From a virus (Duplodnaviria; Caudoviricetes), in the IMG/VR virus record IMGVR_UViG_3300033067_002221, positions 1-59,975 of that record: a DNA stretch of 59,975 nucleotides; one strand, 5' to 3'. This document shows positions 28,316 to 38,123 of this stretch, piece after piece. Within the stretch, counting starts at the first letter, position 1. Every line of letters begins with the position of its first letter. A program made the translations under genes and the position numbers. The notes beneath the pieces were generated by a model that was given only the letters and a program-made list of their open reading frames with translations, did no database searches and had not been told where the DNA came from.

Positions 28316-28801
28316 ATGAGCGCACCGAACGCGAGCAGCATCGGCGACTACGGCATGCCGGTGAGCGACTACGTCGTCGGCGTCACCAACGCCGCGACCG
28401 ACCAGCCGGCGAGCGGCGGCGATCAGCAGGCGAACGACACCGCGATGATGACCCGCACCGCCTGCAAGGCGCTGGTGCAGTTCCTCACCGCAGGCGCCTC
28501 CGCGCCTACGCTCGTCGCGCACGAGGCGCAGTGGGGCGTCGGCGTCGCACCGGTGCTCGCTCGCACCGGCGTCGGCGTCTACACCGTCACGTGGCCGGCG
28601 AGCGTGACCGACCAGCTCGGCGTCGCCCAGGCGCCCAACCTGCGCTTCGCGTTCCCGAGCACGTCGGGAGCGACCGCTGGCACCATCATCGTCGGCGCGT
28701 ACATGAGTGCGCCCAACGTCGCGACCGTCACGCTCCGCGACTCGACGACGGGCACCGCGGGCGACTCGAGCGGCTTCGTGATCAGCGTGATGGCGTTCTG
28801 A
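28316..28801 (+). CDS. baseplate/tail-associated protein
   Basis: RTGVGVYTVTW fibre-type motif; RBS GGAG. Confidence 0.6.
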   Translation: MSAPNASSIGDYGMPVSDYVVGVTNAATDQPASGGDQQANDTAMMTRTACKALVQFLTAGASAPTLVAHEAQWGVGVAPVLARTGVGVYTVTWPASVTDQLGVAQAPNLRFAFPSTSGATAGTIIVGAYMSAPNVATVTLRDSTTGTAGDSSGFVISVMAF

Positions 28802-28802
28802 C

Positions 28803-29513
28803 ATGCCCCACGGCGGCCTCGCTCCCTACCCGAAGCGCTTCGGCTCCGCGCAAGGCGGGCTGCTCGAGGCGCTGACGCAGTCGCTCATCGCGGCGCGCGG
28901 GCCCATCTTCAACCCCGAGGACACGACGACGATCGCGTGGGCCGAGTCGCACGCGATCGCGCGCGCGATTTGGGAGACGTATGAAACCGCGGATCGGGCA
29001 CGAAATCAGTTCGACCCCCTCCGCATGTCGGACTTCGTGCCGCGGTGGGAAGCCATCTTCGGCATCTCTCCGCTGCCGGGCGCGAACCTGAACGAACGGC
29101 GCAAGGCCATCGCGCTGCGCTTCGCGCGACTGCTCGGCGGCGTGCACCTCGGCCCGCTGTACGCGCTGCTCGCGTTCTACGCGGACATCGGCGCGACGCT
29201 CAAGGTCTGGCGGACGACGGACGCGGGCGTGATGTCGCACGTGTACCAGAGCGTCACGGTGCCCGGCGGCGTCACCATCGCCGCCGACGGCATGTGGGGC
29301 TCGTCGATCCACCAGCTGACGATCATCTGCACGCAGCCGTCGACGATGGCGTGGGCCGCATTCGTCGCGCGCATGGGCGCGCTCGAGGCCGACCTGTTCG
29401 ACGCGGTCCCGGCGTGGTGCACGTACTACGTCGCGATCAAGAGCAGCGACACCACGCTCGACTTCATCCTCGACGAGCCGAACCTCGATCTCGAAGCGCT
29501 CTCCGCTTCCTGA
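28803..29513 (+). CDS. baseplate I-like protein (DUF2313/Mu gp48-like)
   Basis: FVPRWEAIFGI...LNERRKAI, VPAWC. Confidence 0.75.
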   Translation: MPHGGLAPYPKRFGSAQGGLLEALTQSLIAARGPIFNPEDTTTIAWAESHAIARAIWETYETADRARNQFDPLRMSDFVPRWEAIFGISPLPGANLNERRKAIALRFARLLGGVHLGPLYALLAFYADIGATLKVWRTTDAGVMSHVYQSVTVPGGVTIAADGMWGSSIHQLTIICTQPSTMAWAAFVARMGALEADLFDAVPAWCTYYVAIKSSDTTLDFILDEPNLDLEALSAS

Positions 29514-29519
29514 GGCACC

Positions 29520-30404
29520 ATGACGATCACGAAGGTGAACCCGCCCGGCTGGCCTGCGGGAGGCAAGCTCACGAGCGCGCAGGCGAACGCCTTCGACACG
29601 AAGCTCATCACAGCGCTCGACAAGACCGGCGACACGGTGTCGAGCGGGACGATCACGTGGGGCACCGGCGCGACGCTCGTCATCGCCGATGCGGCGACGC
29701 TCACGATCTCGACGCTCTCAGCCTCGCTGACCGGCAAGATCAACATTCCGGCGCCTGGCTACATCAACGTCGCGACGGGCGGGCTCATCCAATTCGCCGC
29801 GGGCGGCCTGATGACGATGGGCGGCACGCAGACCGTCACCGGCGCCGGGCTGGTGCAGACCTCGGCGGGCGGCCGCATCAAGCTCGGCGACTCCGACTGG
29901 CTGCAACTCAACACGCGCACCTACTCGCGGTACTTCCCGTTCGCGAATGTCGTGGTGCCGAGCGGAACCGCGAACTGGTCGGCCAACATCGACGGTCTCA
30001 AGTCGGCCGCCGCCGGCGCGCAGATTCGCTTCTCGCTGCCGACATGGCTGCAGGACGGGGCGACGCTTGCCAGCGTCGACTTGCTCGTCTTCCCCGCGCC
30101 GGGCGCGCACGGGTCCTCGGTCGCGCACTCGGTCACCATCTACAAGCGAACCGTCGCGGCGGGGTCCGGCATTCCCTCATGGACGTCGATCGGTAGCGAG
30201 AGCATCTCCGCCGCCGGATGGGGCGACGGCAACGTGAAGACCGTTTCGATCACGGTCGGCTCGGTCATCTCCGCTGGCGACCAGATCGCGATCGACATCT
30301 TCGACGAGACCGCAGGGGCCGGAACGTATCCGGTCGGCGGCGTCTACAACGTCTACCTCGGAGCCTCGCTGAACTTCTCGATCGCGGAGCTTCGGCCCGC
30401 CTAG
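29520..30404 (+). CDS. tail fibre protein
   Basis: WPAGGKLTSAQAN and ALDKTGDT fibre motifs; G/T/S-rich. Confidence 0.75.
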   Translation: MTITKVNPPGWPAGGKLTSAQANAFDTKLITALDKTGDTVSSGTITWGTGATLVIADAATLTISTLSASLTGKINIPAPGYINVATGGLIQFAAGGLMTMGGTQTVTGAGLVQTSAGGRIKLGDSDWLQLNTRTYSRYFPFANVVVPSGTANWSANIDGLKSAAAGAQIRFSLPTWLQDGATLASVDLLVFPAPGAHGSSVAHSVTIYKRTVAAGSGIPSWTSIGSESISAAGWGDGNVKTVSITVGSVISAGDQIAIDIFDETAGAGTYPVGGVYNVYLGASLNFSIAELRPA

Positions 30405-30820
30405 CAGGATGCCGCGCACCATCCGCGCGCGTGGCCGCCGCAGCACATCGAAGCGGTCGACGGGCAGTCCGACGGACTTCCGCAAGCGATCGATCCGCCG
30501 CCGTCCGTGAACACGGCAGCACAGGTCGTCGTGCTCGTCATGCACACGGACCCGTCGACGACTCCGGACGATATGTGAGCGCAGCACACGCCGGCAGTGC
30601 ACTCGGATGTGCGTAGGCACTCGAACTGCGGCGCGCGCGTGTCGCTCGGCTCCTCGGCGGCGTCAGCGTCTCGGACCGCCACCGCGTCTCCTCCGCCTCC
30701 GTCGCTCGAGTCGCTGACGTCGGACGTTGCGTCGCTCTCCGGCGCCGCGCTGTAGCTCGCCGAGCTCGACGAGCACCCCGCCACCACCACGACCACCGCC
30801 AGCGCCGCGATCTTCCTCAT
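30401..30820 (-). CDS. Cys-rich lipoprotein (moron-like)
   Basis: MRKIAALAVVVVVAG-C lipobox, acidic linker, Cys-rich C-terminal domain; antisense to tail genes. Confidence 0.75.
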   Translation of the reverse strand: MRKIAALAVVVVVAGCSSSSASYSAAPESDATSDVSDSSDGGGGDAVAVRDADAAEEPSDTRAPQFECLRTSECTAGVCCAHISSGVVDGSVCMTSTTTCAAVFTDGGGSIACGSPSDCPSTASMCCGGHARGWCAASC

Positions 30821-30902
30821 GCAGGAAGCCTAGCCACGGCCGACGGCGCTCGCACAGCACCACCCGAAAGCCGCGGCAATCCGCGCGCTTGGAGCCCACC
30901 TC

Positions 30903-33620
30903 ATGGCGCCGTCCCCCCTGTGTTCGGTAAACGGGTCCGCTACCGCCGGCGGGTTCAACGCATCGGCGGGCGCCGCGCTCACGATCCAGCTACTCGATCT
31001 GAGCGCTCGCTCGTGGTCGATCGTGGTCGCGGGCGTCGACGACTCGCAGTCGATGCCTGGGCCTGCGCTGTCGGTGAACAACACGACGCGCACCGCCACG
31101 TGCACCGCGCCGGGCGTCGGCACGGCGACGCTGTTCCGCTCGACCGTCGTCGACGCGCAGGGCGTGAGCTACTCGACGACGTTCTGCGTCTACGTGCTCG
31201 CCGGCAGTAAGCGTGTGATCGCGACCGGCGAGACGACCGAGGGAGACTCGGTGCACGGTCACGTGGCGCAGACGAACGCCGCGATCCGCGCGACCGCCGC
31301 GCCCGTCGCCGTCGTCACCCCCACCGGCGTCGCGGCGACCGATGACGCGTCCGTGCAAGCTGCGGTCACCGCGTCGGCTGGCGGCGCGCTGGTGGCGAAG
31401 CTGGCGCCTGGCGCGTTCGAGATCTCGGCGGGCAAGCGTGTTCGCTCCGGCACTACGCTGACCGCATCGCGCGGCGCGGTCGTCACGAGCACGATCGCGA
31501 CCGGCGACGGGCACACCGATTCGGTTCTGTACGCGGACAACCAGGAGGGCGGCAGCGCGACGTCGCTCCCCGAGCTCGCCACGCTCGCCGCGGCGGCTGC
31601 GGAGGGCGCGACCGTCGTGGCCGTGTCGACGTCGTCGGGCATCGTCGGGCACCGCGTGTTCCTGTACGAACTCGGCAACCACGCGCAGCAGTACGACGTG
31701 ATCGGACGCGGCGTGATCGGCACCACCGACGTCACCGCGGCGGGCCTGTACGGCGGCGGCGGGACGCTGAACGGACTGACGCTGATCCTGAACGTCGACG
31801 GCGGTGGGCTGCAAACGCTGACGCTCTCGGGCGTCGGCAACGCGGCGTCCGCGGACACGCTCCAGACGGCGATCGGGAACAAGTGGCCGACGCTCACCGC
31901 GCTGCGAGTCGGCGGCCCCGATCCGATCGGCGGTACGAAGCTCGTCCTGTGCGCCGCTTCCTCCGTCGTCGTCGGCGCCGGCACCGCGAACGCCGCGCTC
32001 GGCCTCTCCGCTCCGCTCGCCGCGATCCAGGTCGACCGGCCGATCTGCTACGCGTTCTCTTCGGGCTCCACGCAGGTGCTCGACGTGCCTACGCCGCTCG
32101 ACGGCGTCACGATCGATCTCGGCGGAGCGACGTGGCAAGGCGTCGGCGGGCGTGCGTGGTGGATCTGGGGTCCTCGCGACTTCAATATCACCGACGCGCA
32201 CGTCAAGTCGTCGTTCACCGCGTTCGGTCCTGACGTCGACCTCGGATCGCTTCGCGCTCGCATGGAGCGAATCACCTCCGAGTACGTGGCCAACACCTCG
32301 TACAACTTCGCGATCGAGGCTGGCCAGTATGGTTGCCTGACCGACTGCGCGTCGCTCGGCCGCTTCTCGACCGCGTACCTGATGGGCGGGCAGTCGCACC
32401 AGATCACTCGGTGTTTCTCGGACGGGGCGTACTCGATCGGCCTGTCGCTCTCCGCGCTGGGCACGACTGACCTGATGGCGTCGCGCTTCGCGTACGTGAG
32501 CGGCGGCGCGTACAACGGGTCGCTGTCCGGACACGGCGTCGTCGTGGCGGACAACTCGTACGGAAACACGCTCTCAGGCGTCACCTGCGAGTACAACTTT
32601 TCGAGCGGATTCAAGGTCTATCGCGGGACGCTCACGAGCGCGACGACGGGGCCGAGCTCTACGCGGTTCGTTGCGTGCACGGCGCACAAGAATCGCGACG
32701 CGGGCTGGTACATCTCCGACGCGACGACGTCGCCGACCGACGGCACGACGCTCACCGGGTGCCTCGCGTCGTCCAACGGCAACCACGGCTTCTACGTCGC
32801 CGACACTGCGACGAATACGCTCCTTCAGGGCTGCTCGGCGATCGGCAACGGCGGCAACGGCCTGCGCGTCGTCGCCGCGAGCGGGACCGTCATCCAAGGG
32901 TTTCTCAGCAAGGGGAACAACGGCTTCGCCGTCGACATGGAGGGCGGCGCGCCGGACGCGATCATCGACGGGGTGACGAGCCTCGGCGACGTCAGCGGCG
33001 GCGTGCAGATTTTCACGGGCAACTCTGCCCTGATTACCAATCTCACGGCCAAGACCACGGCAGCGATCGCTGGCACGTGGTACGGCGCGATCGTGTGGGC
33101 CACGGCCCGCATCGACGGCGCGAAGATCGACGGGACGCTCGGCACCGGCAACCACTACGGCATTCGCGTGTGGGGCGGGCACGGGTGGGTCTCGAACGTC
33201 ATCGCTACCGGATGCACGTACGGCCTCCAGGTCGAGAACGCGTCGGACTGCCATATCGGCACGGGCTGCGACTTTTCTGGATGTACGAACCCGCTAGTGA
33301 TCGTGCGCGGCGCGACGGTCACGATGACGCCGCCGGGCGGCATCGGCACGATCGCGATGGCCGACGCCAACCAGGTCGCGACCTGGGCGCAATACTACAA
33401 GTCGATCCTCAAGTGCACCGGCGCGATGACGGCGGCGCGCACGCTGCGACTGCCCGCCATCACCGGAATGGTGTGGCCGCTCATCAACGCGACGACGGGC
33501 GGCTTCGGGATCGTCGTGCAGTTCGTCGACGGCACCGGTGACATCGGCACCACCGTCACCGTCGCAGCGGCGGCTACGTCGAGCGTGGTCTTCGACGGGG
33601 CGAACGCGGCGAAGTTCTAA
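30903..33620 (+). CDS. tailspike / right-handed beta-helix (pectin lyase-like) receptor-binding protein
   Basis: Repeated NxxxGF/GC turns (GCLASSNGNHGFYV, GCSAIGNGGNGLRV); 905 aa. Confidence 0.8.
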   Translation: MAPSPLCSVNGSATAGGFNASAGAALTIQLLDLSARSWSIVVAGVDDSQSMPGPALSVNNTTRTATCTAPGVGTATLFRSTVVDAQGVSYSTTFCVYVLAGSKRVIATGETTEGDSVHGHVAQTNAAIRATAAPVAVVTPTGVAATDDASVQAAVTASAGGALVAKLAPGAFEISAGKRVRSGTTLTASRGAVVTSTIATGDGHTDSVLYADNQEGGSATSLPELATLAAAAAEGATVVAVSTSSGIVGHRVFLYELGNHAQQYDVIGRGVIGTTDVTAAGLYGGGGTLNGLTLILNVDGGGLQTLTLSGVGNAASADTLQTAIGNKWPTLTALRVGGPDPIGGTKLVLCAASSVVVGAGTANAALGLSAPLAAIQVDRPICYAFSSGSTQVLDVPTPLDGVTIDLGGATWQGVGGRAWWIWGPRDFNITDAHVKSSFTAFGPDVDLGSLRARMERITSEYVANTSYNFAIEAGQYGCLTDCASLGRFSTAYLMGGQSHQITRCFSDGAYSIGLSLSALGTTDLMASRFAYVSGGAYNGSLSGHGVVVADNSYGNTLSGVTCEYNFSSGFKVYRGTLTSATTGPSSTRFVACTAHKNRDAGWYISDATTSPTDGTTLTGCLASSNGNHGFYVADTATNTLLQGCSAIGNGGNGLRVVAASGTVIQGFLSKGNNGFAVDMEGGAPDAIIDGVTSLGDVSGGVQIFTGNSALITNLTAKTTAAIAGTWYGAIVWATARIDGAKIDGTLGTGNHYGIRVWGGHGWVSNVIATGCTYGLQVENASDCHIGTGCDFSGCTNPLVIVRGATVTMTPPGGIGTIAMADANQVATWAQYYKSILKCTGAMTAARTLRLPAITGMVWPLINATTGGFGIVVQFVDGTGDIGTTVTVAAAATSSVVFDGANAAKF

Positions 33621-33684
33621 CCCACACCGCCCGGCCCGCGGCGGGTGGGGTGAGCGACCGATTCGAGACTAGGAGTCACTGACC

Positions 33685-34281
33685 ATGCAGAGCTTCCTCG
33701 ACACCGCGCGCGCCTGGTGCGCGTCGCACCCGCTCGTCGTCGGCTACGCGCTCACCGCGCTCGTGACCATCGCGCTCCGCATCGCCGGGTCGGCCTGGTG
33801 GGAGTCGTTCAAGGCGTCGCACCCGCGCGTCGCTGCGCTGGCGAACCTTGCGCGCGCGCTCGGCTTCGACGCGCCGAAGCTCCTCGCCGCGCTCCGCGTG
33901 CTGCTCGGCCTGCCGCCTGCGCCGCCGTCCGGCGACGACAAGCCGAAGTCCCCGCCGACCGTCGTCGTGGGCGCGCTCTCCGCGCTTGCTTTGCTCGGTG
34001 CGCTGGGCGGCTCCGTCGTCAGCTGTGCCGGCGCGATCCCCGCCGTCGTGACGGTCGTCTCCGACGGCCTCTGCGTGCTCACGCACTTCGACGAACTCGC
34101 GGCCGCCGAGCGCGCGGGGGCTTCGACGTTCGTCGTCGTCGCCGCTCGCGTCGCTGGCCAGTGCGGGATCACCGTCGAGGCTGTCGTGCGGGCCTTCGGC
34201 GCGGAGAAGGCGTCGAGGGCCGCGCGCGCCGCGAAGGCGGAGACTGCGCCGCCCGCGTGCTCCGCGTCGGTGCGGCCGTGA
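33685..34281 (+). CDS. membrane protein, holin-like
   Basis: RBS AGGAG; several hydrophobic helices; first gene of the lysis cassette. Confidence 0.5.
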   Translation: MQSFLDTARAWCASHPLVVGYALTALVTIALRIAGSAWWESFKASHPRVAALANLARALGFDAPKLLAALRVLLGLPPAPPSGDDKPKSPPTVVVGALSALALLGALGGSVVSCAGAIPAVVTVVSDGLCVLTHFDELAAAERAGASTFVVVAARVAGQCGITVEAVVRAFGAEKASRAARAAKAETAPPACSASVRP

Positions 34282-35111
34282 CGCTCCGCGCGCTCGGCCA
34301 CCGCCGCACGGCGTTCGCGTTCACCGACGCGCATCCGCACGTGTCGGAGCACCCGAGGCTCAAGGCGGCTCCGAGCGCCGCGCCTCCGCCCGCCTGCTCG
34401 CTCGTCGGCGTCGCGCCTGCGGTGATGGACCAAGGCGGATCCGGCTCCTGCGAAGGGCACGGGTGGGCCTGCGGTATCACCACGCACTGCACGGCCATCG
34501 GCGAGCCGCTCGACTTCGTCGTCTCGCCGGCGAGCATCTACACGCCCGCTCGGTGCGTGGAGCGCGCGGCGTTCCCCGAGGGTCCAGCGGAGCCGCTCGG
34601 CGACGACGGCACCGACTCGCACGCGGTGATCCGCGGCCTCGGCGACTACGGCGTGCGGCCGATGCGCGCGCCGACGCCCGACGGCCGCTACTCGGACTGC
34701 GACGTGCCGACGATCAACGCCGAGCCGTCGCTCACCGATCTCCTCGAGGCCGACAAGACTCGCGTCTTCGGTGCGTACGAGATCACCGGCGACCAGGCGA
34801 CGCGCGCGGAGGCGATCCGGTCGTGCATCGCGGCCGGCATCCCGGTCGTGATCGAGACCTTCGTCGACACGGCGTACATGCGCCTCGGCCGCGGCGTCGT
34901 CGTCGACAGCTGCGACCGCACCGACCCGCACGGCGGCGGCCACTGCCAGGTGATCCTGGCGTACCGCACGCGGCTCAACGGCGAGTGCGAGTTCCTGATC
35001 CGGAACTCGTGGGGCGTCGACTGGGCCGAGGACGGCTCGGCCTGGTGCACGGAGCGATTCATCGCGGCGGCGTGGGGCCTCTACGCCGTCGACGTCCGGA
35101 GGGCAGCGTGA
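34278..35111 (+). CDS. papain-family (C1) cysteine peptidase
   Basis: DQGGSGSC (Gln, Cys), GGHC (His), IRNSWGVDW (Asn). Confidence 0.9.
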   Translation: MTLRALGHRRTAFAFTDAHPHVSEHPRLKAAPSAAPPPACSLVGVAPAVMDQGGSGSCEGHGWACGITTHCTAIGEPLDFVVSPASIYTPARCVERAAFPEGPAEPLGDDGTDSHAVIRGLGDYGVRPMRAPTPDGRYSDCDVPTINAEPSLTDLLEADKTRVFGAYEITGDQATRAEAIRSCIAAGIPVVIETFVDTAYMRLGRGVVVDSCDRTDPHGGGHCQVILAYRTRLNGECEFLIRNSWGVDWAEDGSAWCTERFIAAAWGLYAVDVRRAA

Positions 35112-35434
35112 AGCGCTCGATCATCATCGCCACGTTCGCGCTGCTCGGCGTCGCGTTCCTCGCCGCGCCGTGCGCGCTGACTGCGTGTTCGCCGACGCCC
35201 GCGCCGAAGCCTCCCGCGAGTGACGCGGGGCCCGAGCCGGCGGCCGACGACGTCTGCACGCACCTGCTCTCGCTCTCGTGCGCCGAGGGGATCGACCCCG
35301 CGTGCGCGCGCAAGATCGGGCAGGTGCAGGCCGATCGGCTCACGATCTGGCCGCTGCGCTGCTGGGCCGCGGCGCCCGATCGCTCCGCCGTGCGCGCGTG
35401 CGGCGCGATCGTGTGCCCGGAGCCGGAGCCGTGA
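35108..35434 (+). CDS. Cys-rich lipoprotein (possible o-spanin-like)
   Basis: Signal peptide with LTA-C lipobox, Pro-rich linker. Confidence 0.6.
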   Translation: MKRSIIIATFALLGVAFLAAPCALTACSPTPAPKPPASDAGPEPAADDVCTHLLSLSCAEGIDPACARKIGQVQADRLTIWPLRCWAAAPDRSAVRACGAIVCPEPEP

Positions 35435-35628
35435 TCCCCTGGTGCGCCAGGTGCGGATCGCCCGCCGAGCACTCGCAGCTCTCGCGCTACGAGCTCGGGG
35501 GCGTCGTGCTGGTGCGCTCCTGGTGCCACGGCGAGACCGCGACGGCGCGGGTGCGGATCGCGGAGATCGAAGAGGCGCACCGCGCCGTGATGTTCGAGGC
35601 GCCGGTGGCGCCCGTGAGGCCCGCATGA
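35431..35628 (+). CDS. small hypothetical protein (CxxC...CHG)
   Basis: Coupled overlaps. Confidence 0.5.
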   Translation: MIPWCARCGSPAEHSQLSRYELGGVVLVRSWCHGETATARVRIAEIEEAHRAVMFEAPVAPVRPA

Positions 35629-36368
35629 CCCTCGACGACGAAAAGATGCTCGAGCGCCGCCTGCGCCCCGAATGGCTGCGCGGCTTCGACGTCTCGAAGT
35701 TCCAGCTCGAGATCGACTTCCCCGCGGCCAGGGCGGGCGGCATCCGGTTCGGCTGGATCCGCGAGGGCGAGTCGACGTGGACGACGCCCGACGACCGCTG
35801 GCTCCGGAACTGGCCGGCCTGCCACGCGGCCGGCATCCCCTGCGGGCCGTACCACCCGGTGCACGGCGACGCGCCCGGCGCGGTGCAGGCGCGGATCCTC
35901 CGCGACCGCTGCCGCGACTGGGAGCACGGCCGCGACCTGCGCCCGGCGATCGACCTCGAGACGCGCGGCGGAGCGCCGCTGCACGAGGCCGAGGCGATGG
36001 CCGAGGAGATCGAGAAGCTCTTCGGCGTGGCGCCGATCATCTACACGGGGAAGTGGTTCGCGCGGGAGATCGGGCTGACGCGCTCGAGCCCGCTCGCCCG
36101 CTGCCCGCTCTGGCTCGCCGCGTACACCGACGCGCCCGAGCTGCCGGACGCGTGGGACCGCTGGCACGTCTGGCAGTACAGCGGCAACGGGCGCGCGCCG
36201 GGCGTGTCGACGGCCTGCGACCTCGACGTGATCCGCTCGCAGGCTGACCTCGACGAGCTCCTCGACGTCTCCGGCCGCGGGCCGACTGAGGTGCCGAGGG
36301 CGTCGAGCGATACCGCCCCACTCACCGAGGCCGAGCGCGCGGCTGCGGACTGGCGGGAGGTCCCGTGA
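35625..36368 (+). CDS. GH25 muramidase (endolysin)
   Basis: GFDVSKFQ, GPYH, PAIDLE, PIIYTG, LWLAAY, WQYS, DLD. Confidence 0.92.
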   Translation: MTLDDEKMLERRLRPEWLRGFDVSKFQLEIDFPAARAGGIRFGWIREGESTWTTPDDRWLRNWPACHAAGIPCGPYHPVHGDAPGAVQARILRDRCRDWEHGRDLRPAIDLETRGGAPLHEAEAMAEEIEKLFGVAPIIYTGKWFAREIGLTRSSPLARCPLWLAAYTDAPELPDAWDRWHVWQYSGNGRAPGVSTACDLDVIRSQADLDELLDVSGRGPTEVPRASSDTAPLTEAERAAADWREVP

Positions 36369-36496
36369 CCGAGCTGCTCGAGCTCGCCGCGGTGGTCGCA
36401 TTGGTCGGCCTCGGCTCGCTCTCCCTGTGGGCTACGCACGTGGCGGACGACACACGGCAGTCGGTGCGTGAGATGCGCAGGAGCCTCCGGCGATGA
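36365..36496 (+). CDS. small membrane protein
   Basis: One hydrophobic helix; coupled overlaps. Confidence 0.5.
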   Translation: MTELLELAAVVALVGLGSLSLWATHVADDTRQSVREMRRSLRR

Positions 36497-36765
36497 CGAT
36501 CGAGATTAGCGTGGGCCTGGTCGGCCTCCTCGCAGGTGTGGCGACCACCGTCGTCGGATCAGCGGTGACCGTAGCCCTGGCTGCGCGCGACACGCGTCGC
36601 CTGGTCGACGACGTTCGCGCGGTGCTCGACCGGCTCGCGCGCGCGGAGGTCCGCGTCGAGGGGCACGCGGCGGAGATCGTTCGGCTGCGTGACGACCACG
36701 GCGAGGCGCTGGAGAGGCTCGCCCACGTCGAGGGCCGATGCCGGAGCGAACACGGCGGGGAGTAG
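36493..36765 (+). CDS. membrane-anchored coiled-coil protein (holin/XhlA/i-spanin-like)
   Basis: N-terminal TM helix plus coiled coil ending RLAHVEGR. Confidence 0.55.
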   Translation: MTIEISVGLVGLLAGVATTVVGSAVTVALAARDTRRLVDDVRAVLDRLARAEVRVEGHAAEIVRLRDDHGEALERLAHVEGRCRSEHGGE

Positions 36766-36783
36766 CGGGCGGGCGCGGCAGAG

Positions 36784-36839
36784 CGCAGAGACGACAGCGG
36801 CCGGGGTCCCTCGCGGGGCTCCGGCCGTCGCTGCGTTTT
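36784..36839 (+). terminator. intrinsic terminator ending the late operon
   Basis: Stem CGGCCGGGGTCCC/GGGGCTCCGGCCG (with G-U pairs), outer CGCAG/CTGCG, then TTTT, at the convergence of the two operons. Confidence 0.65.
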
Positions 36840-36844
36840 GTCGG

Positions 36845-37060
36845 TCAACCCTTCGGAGATTCCGAACCGTTCGCGCGCCCCACCAACCGCACGACGCGCC
36901 CCGGTCCGTCGGCGACGATGCTGCGCGCCTCGGCGAGCGTGTAGCGGGCTGCGCTGCTCTGCGCCGACGTCCACGCGCGATCGCCGTAGAGGTAGTGCGC
37001 CGCGCCGCCCCAGCACCGCACGCGGTCGCACCGCACCACGTAGCGGCGGGGCGCGGTCAT
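36845..37060 (-). CDS. hypothetical protein
   Basis: GGAGG RBS; MTAPRRYVVR. Confidence 0.55.
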   Translation of the reverse strand: MTAPRRYVVRCDRVRCWGGAAHYLYGDRAWTSAQSSAARYTLAEARSIVADGPGRVVRLVGRANGSESPKG

Positions 37061-37169
37061 GCGTGCCTCCACGCATGGGTCACGACGAGCGCGAGCGCGC
37101 AGCCGCCGCACACCGGATGGCCGAGCGCGAACAGCCACAGCGCCGAGATGAGCAGCGCGCCGTCATCGG

Positions 37170-37493
37170 TCACGGCGACACCGGATGGTCCGCGGCGTCC
37201 CAGGCGGCGAGCGCCACGATGGCGTCCCTGCGCGCGATGTCCGGGCGCCCGTCGCCCTCGACCGCCGCATCCCATCTCCGCACCGCCTCCGCGAGCCTCC
37301 GCGCGGCTGCTCGTGTCGCGGCGTGGGCGGCGCGTTCGGTGTCCAGACTGGCCTGCAACGCCGCCACCTCCGCAGTGTGCCGAGCATTATGCACCGCGGG
37401 GTCGCACTCGCTGCCGTCGATGCACGGCTGACCAAAGCGCGCGCCGCAGTACCAGCACGGGCCGTCAAAAATGTCGCGTCCGCTGTCAGCCAT
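37170..37493 (-). CDS. zinc-finger hypothetical protein
   Basis: CWYCGARFGQPC...VHNAR motif. Confidence 0.6.
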   Translation of the reverse strand: MADSGRDIFDGPCWYCGARFGQPCIDGSECDPAVHNARHTAEVAALQASLDTERAAHAATRAAARRLAEAVRRWDAAVEGDGRPDIARRDAIVALAAWDAADHPVSP

Positions 37494-37866
37494 TCGTCGC
37501 CCCCTTCGCCGCGAGCGCGCGGATGCTGCGCGCGCAGTCCGCAATCGCGTCGGCCGTGCCATCGTACGCGGCGACCTCGTCCGGGTCCGCAGCTAGTGCA
37601 CGCTGGCGGTACAGGTCGCACGCATCGTCGCACACCTTCGCCGCCTCCTCCCGCGCCTGGCGGGCGGCGGCGAGACGAGCGGACGCGATGGCCTGGGCAA
37701 CGTCAGCGAACAGCGCCGCCCGTGCGCCATCGATGACGTGTGCCGCGTCGCCGTCGTCGATCCATCGCGCGAACCCGCGGACGCTCGTTGCGGCATCGGC
37801 CACCACTGCGCGCACCGCCGCCTCGCGGTCCGCTCTGGTCATCGTCTCGTCCAGCAACTCACCCAT
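37486..37866 (-). CDS. hypothetical protein
   Basis: AREEAAKVCD...ADCARSIRAL. Confidence 0.6.
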   Translation of the reverse strand: MGELLDETMTRADREAAVRAVVADAATSVRGFARWIDDGDAAHVIDGARAALFADVAQAIASARLAAARQAREEAAKVCDDACDLYRQRALAADPDEVAAYDGTADAIADCARSIRALAAKGATNG

Positions 37867-37867
37867 C

Positions 37868-38122
37868 TCACCCTCCCCCCGCGCCGGAGCCCGACAGGAC
37901 GAACACGAGCGTCAGCCACGGCCGCTCCGCCTGCCCGATGCGCGCGAGCTTGGCGCGCAGCGCGGTGGCCACCTCATCGTCAAGCTTCACGAGGTCGCCT
38001 TTGCAGCCCTTCGCCTGCTGCGTGCAGACGGCGCCCGTGATGGCCGCACTACGCGGGATGAACACCGCCGTAGCGCACTGGTCGCACGCCCACGGGTCGC
38101 ACTTCGGATACGCGTCGCCCAT
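37868..38122 (-). CDS. hypothetical protein
   Basis: RBS GGAGG; Cys motifs. Confidence 0.5.
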   Translation of the reverse strand: MGDAYPKCDPWACDQCATAVFIPRSAAITGAVCTQQAKGCKGDLVKLDDEVATALRAKLARIGQAERPWLTLVFVLSGSGAGGG

Positions 38123-38123
38123 C

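Noticed and set aside
18201-29513. Mu-like transposable phage, tailocin or eCIS
   Set aside because: No MuA/MuB; full head, packaging and lambdoid replication genes are present
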